From: Cyanidioschyzon merolae
Lineage: Eukaryota
Assembly (NCBI GenBank): GCA_000091205.1
Contig: AP006496.2
Length of the DNA: 64,000 nucleotides
Reading direction: 5' to 3' (one strand)
The notes beneath the pieces are model-generated. The model did no database searches and was not told the DNA's origin. It was given only the letters and a program-made list of their open reading frames with translations. Position 1 is the first letter of the stretch, and the number at the start of each line of letters is the position of its first letter. The translations under genes and the position numbers were made by a program. Positions 56,585 to 64,000 of this stretch are shown one piece after another.

Positions 56585-57634
56585 GAAACTTGGAGCGGAG
56601 CGGTGGTTTCATCCCTGGATGCCGTCAGCATTCGCGCCTGTGGAAGGGGTCAGGTTCGCTGCATGATCGACCTCACACCATAAAATACGGTTGCCTTTGC
56701 AGCCTTTCCAAGCCTGGACCAAGCCAGCGTCCTGCGCATTTGGAAAGAAGGTCTTCAGATCGAGCCGGTGTCAGAAACGGCTCGGAAATACTGCGCTGTC
56801 TCCGTTCGGGAACTGTGAATAAGCATGCGGCGCGCTGCAGCAAGTATCAGCACAGCGCGTAGCATTGCATGAGGTCTCTTGTTAGGATCGACCAAGCTTC
56901 CATGCCCAAAAGGAAAAAAAGCTAGTCTGGAGCTTTTGACATGCACATGCATTCGCAGAGGAACGGAAAGAAGGCCGCCTTTCGCCAGACTGGCGCCACC
57001 AAGTGCCCCGAGCTGCAGCATCTCGTTTGATGCATCCTTGCCGGAGTGCACGTGAAGAGACCGAACACAGAGAGCGCTGGAATATCGAGCACCAGTACGG
57101 TTCAGTGAGCGTCGTAGCAGGTACTCACGCCGGGCTCGGTATCCGGATCATCATATCGACATAGCGTGATCCCCAGAGACGAGTCGGGGTCGCACTTCGT
57201 GCAGTTCAGAGCATGCGTAATAACGTGGTGGCTGCTTCTCTAGACGTCGATTACCCTAGTGTACTCGGGGTCTCTGGTGCGATTCCATCATCCGAGAACA
57301 ATCCAGAGACCCAGCCTCTGTGCGCCTTCATACCGGAAATGTTGCCCCTTTGTAGGGCGGGACTGCGCTTTGCTGCATTGCAGCCTCAGCGGCAGGCGTT
57401 TGCGATAAACCTGGTATCTGTAGCAGGGTTGCTGGCGCCTTCACGCCTTGATTCTATAGGGGAAAGCACGCTAGGTTGTTGGCGTTGTGGTTTCGGTATT
57501 CGTGTTCGGCGCACGAAGCGGCTGCCAAGGAAACGGGTTTCAGGTCGCAGTTGACGTCAGCGTTGGCGTGCTCGCGACTAGTCCCGCGAAACGCACAGGG
57601 AAGAGAACGCTGTGTTTCTCGTTTTTCCCGGGAT

Positions 57635-59944
57635 ATGGCTTTATCTTTCTGGATAGTCACGGTTTGGTTGCTCCTTTTTCTGTCGATAATTGAAAGTGCA
57701 TGCGGATCGATCCTCGAGGAGACGCTTCTGTTTGGAAACGCTGCCGCACAGGAAGGGCGCAGGTGTTGCTGGCTGCTTCGCGACGGCGCCCTAACAGTAA
57801 CGCCACATCGCGAGGAACACGCTGCGCAAGCAGAGCTGCGGATTTATGGGACGCTTTCGAGACTTGTATCTAATAAGCAGAAACCCCTGGCACCTGAGGA
57901 GGTCGAGTTTATCTTTTATCCTTCGACCCAGCGCGAGTATGTAGGGTATCACGCGCCGAACGGAGGCTCGACCGTTCAGTACTGTTGTCCGCTGGAGGCA
58001 GACGCAGAATTGGATGCCTCGACTCCACCAGGGTGTAATGCAGCTACCGGAGGACACGTGTTGGTGGCCACGGCAGTCGCAACACCGCTCACATTACCGC
58101 AACGCAAGATGCGGACAGACTGGCACCGGGGAGCGCTCCTGCGCGCACGTGCACGACATGGCGCACCTGCTGGGCCCTCTGAAGCGCAAACGAATCGAAA
58201 GCAACATCGAGAAAACGTTCCCCAAGGCAAACAAAGCATCGATCGGGGTCGGCCGTGCATCTGCGGGGCACAGCAACGTATGGAATGGTTACGGGACGAG
58301 GCTAGCGATCCGATGCAGCAGCGAGCGCTTCATGATGCAGTGCAACTGAACGCTCAGGAGCAAGGGCAGGAGCATGAGGAGCTAATGAAGCCCCGGATGC
58401 CATTGGATTTGAGCGCTGTTGTTGGACAGCGAGCAGTGGAGCGCATCGCAGGTGTTTGGCATCGACTCCGATACCGATCAGCGGCACAGGAGACACTGGA
58501 ATGCGTCGAACGGGGGCTCGCCACAGTTCGTGTCTCGCGTGACGCAGCTTTGGCACTGGCGGTACCCATTTCCATGGAAAGAGGTAGTTCCGGGGTCGCG
58601 CTTGATACCGCCGAGGCAAAGCCAACAGTTCCAGCTGCCGCCCCAGGACGCCAGCAGCAGCAAACAGAGCGACAAGCGCATCATGATCAGAGAAACGGCG
58701 TTCAATTTGAATACTTGAGGCATACAGAGACTCGCGATGTACAGGCACACGAGCAGGCGCCCTTCAGAGTTATTCCTGTGTTGCAGCAGCGAAAGCAACT
58801 GAATCAGACAACCGCCACGCCCGTTTACCGCTATCGATTGACGCTGCCGCGGTCCAGTTCGCGCATGGATTTCGGAGTGCTCATTTTCCCGGTCCGAGAG
58901 AGCGGCATTCACGAGCTATTGGTGGCCTCGTGTACTGGTACGAATATCAGCATGCACCTCGTTGCCGAATGGCAGAGTGCACACGGCTACCTGGCAGCGG
59001 AGCTCTATCCGCTACTCCCATTCTACGGCTGGATGACAGTGCTTTATGTAGCAGCCGGGGCTGTGTGGATACTCGCCTGCTACGTCCAGCTAGGTCGTCT
59101 CTACACTGCTCAGCATGTGACCACGTTCCTGCTAGTTCTCGGCCTGTTCGAGTCTTTTCTTCATTTTCAGGCATATCACTGGGCGAATCAATCAGGCAAG
59201 CGTATCTGTTGTCCACCGGGTGGCCTCGTCATGATCGGAGATTTCGTTGCAACCGTCCGTAGCACCCTGACCCGCGTACTCGTGCTTGCAGCGAGCATGG
59301 GTTTGCTCCTGCTCTCTCCGAGACTGATGCCCCCGAAAGCACTGCTCCTGAAATGGTTCGCTCTCGTGTATACGTTGAGCGCTGGCTCCCTGGAAATGCT
59401 CGAAACGGTATCACAGGGTCGTCGATCTGGCTTGATGGTCGTCGTGCCGGTCTCAGTACTCGTGTCAATCCTCGAAACACTTTTCTATTTCTGGATGTTG
59501 TTCGCCCTGCGCCAGACCTGGATTGCCCTCCAGCGCCGCGATTTGTCTGAAAAACGTGGACGTTTTCGCATCTTTATCGTCATGCTTGTCGCCTATGCTT
59601 GTTCGGTTTTGGCGTACGTGGGATTCGCGTTTGCTTTTCTCTGGAAAGGGGCAAATGGTCGAGGAGGTATCACTGATGCAAATTGGCATCTTTTCTGGTT
59701 GGTTGGACCCTACCCCGGTCTCGGTACAGGGGCACTCGGTGATACCGCTTCCGTCATGATACTGGCTGCCATCATGTGGATCTGGTTCCCCACAAGCACC
59801 CGACACGAGGAGCTGCTCGGTACCGGAGGCACACCGACTACACCTAATCAGCTGATGACGCTTCCCGCGAAGTCGTCGGCTCTACGGAGAGCGTCTGGAG
59901 AGCGTCTCGAATCCCGTTTCGAGCTGGACGAAGAAAACGACTAG
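57635..59944 (+). CDS. Lung-seven-transmembrane-receptor (LUSTR; GPR107/GPR108/TMEM87-like) family protein with a predicted signal peptide and a C-terminal 7TM domain
   Basis: GYLAAELYPLLPFYGWMTVLYVAAGAVWILACYV resembles GPR107 GYLSAAEIPLFKLYMVMSACFLAAGIFWV, followed by about 7 hydrophobic helices. The internal ATG at 57635 gives the signal-peptide-like MALSFWIVTVWLLLFLSIIESA. The upstream ATG at 57476 is probably not used. Confidence 0.65.
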   Translation: MALSFWIVTVWLLLFLSIIESACGSILEETLLFGNAAAQEGRRCCWLLRDGALTVTPHREEHAAQAELRIYGTLSRLVSNKQKPLAPEEVEFIFYPSTQREYVGYHAPNGGSTVQYCCPLEADAELDASTPPGCNAATGGHVLVATAVATPLTLPQRKMRTDWHRGALLRARARHGAPAGPSEAQTNRKQHRENVPQGKQSIDRGRPCICGAQQRMEWLRDEASDPMQQRALHDAVQLNAQEQGQEHEELMKPRMPLDLSAVVGQRAVERIAGVWHRLRYRSAAQETLECVERGLATVRVSRDAALALAVPISMERGSSGVALDTAEAKPTVPAAAPGRQQQQTERQAHHDQRNGVQFEYLRHTETRDVQAHEQAPFRVIPVLQQRKQLNQTTATPVYRYRLTLPRSSSRMDFGVLIFPVRESGIHELLVASCTGTNISMHLVAEWQSAHGYLAAELYPLLPFYGWMTVLYVAAGAVWILACYVQLGRLYTAQHVTTFLLVLGLFESFLHFQAYHWANQSGKRICCPPGGLVMIGDFVATVRSTLTRVLVLAASMGLLLLSPRLMPPKALLLKWFALVYTLSAGSLEMLETVSQGRRSGLMVVVPVSVLVSILETLFYFWMLFALRQTWIALQRRDLSEKRGRFRIFIVMLVAYACSVLAYVGFAFAFLWKGANGRGGITDANWHLFWLVGPYPGLGTGALGDTASVMILAAIMWIWFPTSTRHEELLGTGGTPTTPNQLMTLPAKSSALRRASGERLESRFELDEEND

Positions 59945-61467
59945 GACGCGGGAGACGACTGGCATCGATCACGATTGCGACGCTGCCGAAGCTGCTGCGG
60001 TTCATAGAGCGAGATCCCTGCGATTACGTAAACAGCGGTATACCGATGTATAGGCATAGCGCGCACCGGGAGCTTGTGTGTTCGCGATCCGCCTCAGGTT
60101 CATGAGGACCGACATTGATCCCCAGCTAGCTGCTGCGGTGCCTTGCCGAGCGTATCTTGTCGGAGCAGCAGGACGCTGATGTGCCTGGCTTCTGGATGTC
60201 AGTATCCGGCACTTGATCAGCAGATCCTTTATCAGACGAAGTGATTCTATATTATTGAAAAATCGACGAGCTGGAGCCCATGACATGAATCGAGACCGCA
60301 TGCACAGTCCTGCCCGTTCGCTTTGAAGATATCGCTCGTCAGAGGTCGGAGCAGCTATCAAAGTATATGCATAAGACTATCTCCTCGTCAATAGGTTCCG
60401 TCGCTCACGTTGTTTAGGCTCAATGAAGCGAAAACGTTTCGCAACTATCGGGTGCAAGAATACCCACCCGCAGATGCCTCCCAGTCTTTTTTCGACGGGC
60501 CTCTTGGCATCGGCTTCAGTTTCTCCTTGAATACTTCGAGCTTCAGAGGCTACACTACAAAGACGGAACGCGTCAGCTCTGCGGGTCTGGTCGACAGCAC
60601 TGCACATCGTCTGGTATTCATGGAGATGTTGAAGGATCGGTTTACGAACTCTTTGCGATTTGTTGCCGCTGGTGGAACTCACCGTTGCAAGGGTTGTGTA
60701 GAGCTCGCGCCTGCTGTGCTTCGACAGTCTCGTCTTCGTCCCGCTGGGCAAATACGTTTTCTCGACGATCTCCCCTCTTCTCCTTCTCCTTCTCCTTCTC
60801 CTTCGTCGCTTGCGCTTCTTCGCTCGATGGTCGGTGAGAAGAGGATTTTTCCGTTTCTCTTCCAGGCGGCTGGCGATGACGGCCCTCGTGTATCCCCGAC
60901 TTTCATGTCCATTACTTTCACGTGGATTCCCTTATTTCTTCAAAATGAATGCATTTTTTATGCCGCTAGGTTGGGATGTTCCCGAAGAAGACCGGGGTTT
61001 GCGCAAGAAAGCTGACCTGTGCTCCCGATTTGTCGCTGTGTGCAGAACGCTTCTGCGATTCCTCCAGTGCAGCAATCATTACGTTGCATGATAAAAAACA
61101 CTCCCTTGCTGAGGTTGAATCACGCACCGTACGGAGTAATGAAAAGCAACTCGACCCCGATATCATCGGCAAAAGCCCTAACGCAAAGGGAATGGTAACA
61201 TGCAACATTGTCCATTGGAAGCACGTCGCCAGACGTCAGGGAGAGGTCACCCGTGAATCGACCAGGTCGGTGCTGTTGTGTGCGCCTTCTCTAGGAGCGA
61301 ACGTGATTCTGCCACCCGGGCCCACTCCAGATAAATCCGATGAGGATATCATCGCTCTCTTCGAGCTTCAACAGACGTACAATGAGCGCCCTGCTCCGCG
61401 AATACCCATATACGCACCGCCCGTTTCACCCGAAGCAAGTCTCATCGACAGAAAAAACACACCAGCG

Positions 61468-61950
61468 TCACTCGGCTTCATATCGATAGCGACTCTCCAT
61501 GAACGCTGTCGTTGCGATTTCAGTGGATGTTGGTCGTGCGTGAAGCTGGACTTTTCTGCGACGGTATCCCAGTGATTTCAGGACCACACGAACAAGCTGT
61601 TGAGAAACAGAGATGCCCGTGGCGGCCTCTATCGTCGCTTTTGCTTTCCGTAACGTAAACGAGGGGTCGTTTTCTACCATTTCCCGCAAGCGCGCTTTGA
61701 GAATATCGGTTTTAGGTGCAGAGCGCTTGTACTTCTTCCTTTCAGCGTTCCTCAACCATCTGAGTACCGTGGTATGACTAACTTGAAGGAGAGATGCAGT
61801 CTTCCTTGAACTTTTCAGTAAAGAATATATCCTCCAGGCAATTCTTCTACGATCTACAGGGTACATTCCATAGTGACTTTGTTCGCTTGCTACACACCCC
61901 AGCAGCCGTGAAACGAATCTGGGTTGAAATACGATAAACAACGTCATCAT
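61468..61950 (-). mobile_element. Remnant of a Tc1/mariner (IS630 superfamily) transposase: N-terminal paired-like HTH DNA-binding domain only, with no DDE catalytic domain detectable
   Basis: VDRRRIAWRIYSLLKSSRKTASLLQVSHTTVLRWLRNAERKKYKRS...ILKARLREMVENDPSFTLRKAKATIEAATGISVSQQLVRVVLKSLGYRRRKVQ has the bipartite HTH layout of Tc1/mariner N-termini. It sits in a locally AT-richer block (about 60.2-62.2 kb). Confidence 0.5.
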
Positions 61951-62337
61951 GAACGACGATGCGCGTTTTCATAGTGTACGAGCGATGCTTCGAAACACGG
62001 ATACTTCGGATGTGCGGTGATTCTCGGCAACAATGACAACGCATGTGACGTTGTCAGAGCGCATGCTGTCGCAGACCTCAAAAAAGAACTTGATTCTGGT
62101 TAGAGCAAGCTCCACAACGGTGTTGCAGCAGAGCTTTTTCGTTCATATGCGCAACAGACACACATCGACACCAAGACAAGACTATGAAAAGCTATGAAAC
62201 GAATGTACGAGAGGCGAGTTCGGAGGCATCAGCACCAGTCAATCCAGTCGTAACTGCGACAGCGATGCATGCATCCATGAGGAGGTCTTGCTCATCATTA
62301 TCAACATTCCTGCTCAACATGGGCTTTCATAACGTCT

Positions 62338-63312
62338 TTACTCGACATGATGGAGCCAGTGCAATGTAAACGCACCAGATGCTGCATCGTCTTGTCTGTT
62401 CATGAACGCGTACAAAGCATCGTCGCCGGAAAGCGCCCAGAGGAACGCTGCCGCCCTGGTCGCTTCGTCTCGGAGTTTCTCCTCATTGGTTAGCCATTGC
62501 GAAAAGGTTTCCTCATCGCCAATCTCTATCCCACTCGAATACGTTGGTCGATAGAAGTGCGCAATGGTTTCCGCTCGATCCTGAAGCAGCGAAAACAGCT
62601 GACGCAGCGCTTCCAACGCCCGCTGATGCAGCGTCTCTGCGTAGACCCAGCGTCTTCGGGTACGTCGGAGGGCACCAACGCCAGGCTCCAAACGCTCTGC
62701 GCTCTCGCTCATTGTTGCTTGAATGCGTTTCACCAGGTGCGCGACTCGGATCCAAAGTCGATGTGGATGAAGCTGGTAGAGCGCACTCACGCCAGTCAAG
62801 CCGGCAGGCAGTGGCTCTGCTGCACCTAGAGCGGCAATCACCAGCGGACACTCGTCTATCTGTCGCATGACTGCGCCAACGAACTGTTTTAGTGGGGTTG
62901 CAAGAGGCGCCTCTAGTTGATCGCGGTACCTGCACGCGTGCTTCAGTCGGCGCCAACACGCAAAGAGCGCGAACCATTGGTTCCCATTTCGAACGAGCCC
63001 TTTAGCACCTTCCAATAGCTCTATGAAGCGAACGGCTGTACGCGCAGTCTCACGTTCAAGGCTCGTTGCCTCCATACAAAGTCGCTTACCCTCTGAAGCG
63101 GCTTCATCGCACGATGAGGACGCTGCGCAGACAAGCCACGCTCCCGAGTCTGCGTCGAAATAGTTGCGGTGCTCCCGCTGCCATCGGCTAAATGAGAGCA
63201 CTGCTCTGGAAACTCGCTCCTCTAGCGTTTCCAAGGACGTCTCATCCTCGGACATAAACGTTTCCAGTGCCAGTTGTTGTCGGAGCGAAGGCTGGTGTTC
63301 GAAACACCACAC
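62338..63312 (-). CDS. Hypothetical protein (324 aa). May continue upstream, since the in-frame-adjacent ORF 63349..63726 lies on the same strand and the window ends in a coding-looking minisatellite.
   Basis: Long ORF with GC3-rich codon usage. No recognisable domain. Confidence 0.3.
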   Translation of the reverse strand: MWCFEHQPSLRQQLALETFMSEDETSLETLEERVSRAVLSFSRWQREHRNYFDADSGAWLVCAASSSCDEAASEGKRLCMEATSLERETARTAVRFIELLEGAKGLVRNGNQWFALFACWRRLKHACRYRDQLEAPLATPLKQFVGAVMRQIDECPLVIAALGAAEPLPAGLTGVSALYQLHPHRLWIRVAHLVKRIQATMSESAERLEPGVGALRRTRRRWVYAETLHQRALEALRQLFSLLQDRAETIAHFYRPTYSSGIEIGDEETFSQWLTNEEKLRDEATRAAAFLWALSGDDALYAFMNRQDDAASGAFTLHWLHHVE

Positions 63313-63780
63313 TGGTGCGTTTCGGCATCGAGCAGCAGCGCGGGTGCTTCACAACGCCTCTGCCGCTGTTCCCAGTGCGCTCTGTGCGAGCACGTTTCCT
63401 ACAAGCGACCTGGGGTTCGTCTGACGGAAGACCGGCAAAGCAGAGCGAGGTACGTTTCCAAGCGGAGGTATGCCTGTGGTGTCTGCGCAAGAGCGTGATG
63501 TCGTCGAGGCTAGTTCGCGTGAGGCGACGCATTCAGGGTACGTCTTGCGGGCCAGTGGAGAGCTTTCTTCGACCGCCGCTGAGTCGAGTTCCGCTCCGGA
63601 GGTACCTCGAACGCCTTCCGGAGCGGCTGGCTGCACCGCACTGCTTTCTGCTACCTTGACACCTACGGGGTCTCGAAGCAACGACTCGGGTAACGCGGAG
63701 ACCTCGACAAGAAGCGCGCTGGGCACTGCAGTAGGTGTTGTTCGTGTTGCTGGCGCCCCTGCTCGTCCACCTTCTACGAC

Positions 63781-63960
63781 TACGACTGTTACTGCTACTG
63801 CTGCTACTGCCGCTACTGCTGCTACTGCTGCTACTGCTGCTACTGCCGCTACTGCTGCTACTGCCGCTACTGCTGCTACTGCCGCTACTGCTGCTACTGC
63901 CGCTACTGCTGCTACTGCCGCTACTGCTGCTACTGCTGCTACTGCTGCTACTGCTGCGTC
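63781..63960. repeat. Minisatellite with an 18-bp unit (gctactgctgctactgcc), about 9-10 units, at the window edge
   Basis: Read directly. It would encode Thr/Ala-rich (or Ser/Ala-rich on the opposite strand) low-complexity sequence if coding. Confidence 0.9.
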
Positions 63961-64000
63961 ATCGCCTCAGCCGAGCACCTCAGGGTCTGGAGGAGCCCCT

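Noticed and set aside
57476-57634. Upstream ATG at 57476 as the start of the GPR107-like gene, and 16667 as the fibrillarin start
   Set aside because: The downstream ATGs (57635 and 16703) give a canonical signal peptide and the canonical fibrillarin N-terminus respectively. The upstream extensions have no homology.
1-64000. Kinetoplastid (Leishmania or Trypanosoma-like) origin, suggested by high GC, intron-less genes, coding microsatellites and repeat-flanked genes
   Set aside because: Gene orientation alternates at least five times within 64 kb rather than forming long same-strand polycistrons. A long RSH gene is not expected there. I leave organism identity open.

Overview
This 64-kb window comes from a GC-rich (about 58-62% in genes, lower between genes), apparently intron-poor eukaryotic nuclear genome. 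Every recognisable gene is a eukaryotic housekeeping gene. Gene orientation switches at least five times (+ - + + - ... - + - +), which argues against a kinetoplastid polycistronic array. I cannot name the organism from sequence alone; it looks like a protist or alga.

Genes I can support, in order:
- a 2171-aa HEAT/ARM-like giant ORF (+)
- Trm10 tRNA m1G9 methyltransferase (-)
- a LETM1 homologue with EF-hands (+)
- fibrillarin with an N-terminal GAR domain (+)
- an ATR/Mec1-type PIKK checkpoint kinase, a 2941-aa single ORF (-)
- two small mitochondrial-type ORFs, one BRAWNIN/UQCC6-like and one ATP synthase subunit g-like (+)
- an Mpo1/DUF962 membrane protein (-)
- a Gly-zipper small membrane protein (-, weak)
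- a long RelA/SpoT homologue (RSH) with a degenerate HD hydrolase, an intact synthetase and a TGS domain (-)
- a mitochondrial ADP/ATP carrier (+)
- 6-phosphofructo-2-kinase/fructose-2,6-bisphosphatase (-)
- a GPR107/LUSTR-like 7TM protein (+)
- an unknown 324-aa ORF (-)

Non-genic structure:
- Repeat family 1 (about 785 bp) is present as two direct copies, more than 99% identical, bracketing LETM1.
- Repeat family 2 (about 1.1-1.27 kb) has three copies: A and B form a 4.3-kb inverted-repeat structure, and B and C bracket the RSH gene as direct repeats.
- A degenerate ~200-bp element is shared by the upstream regions of two + strand genes.
- A (GCATTG)n hexamer array sits next to a 113-bp tandem array (about 2.9 units) upstream of the Mpo1-like gene.
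- A 112-bp tandem duplication lies at about 39.0-39.2 kb.
- A Tc1/mariner transposase N-terminal fragment sits in an AT-richer block.
- Many in-frame trinucleotide microsatellites encode homopolymer runs (Thr, Ser, Ala, Gln/Asn) inside conserved genes.

I found no convincing tRNA, rRNA or CRISPR features.

The most interesting locus is the RSH gene sitting between near-identical repeats, with an inverted third copy just upstream.
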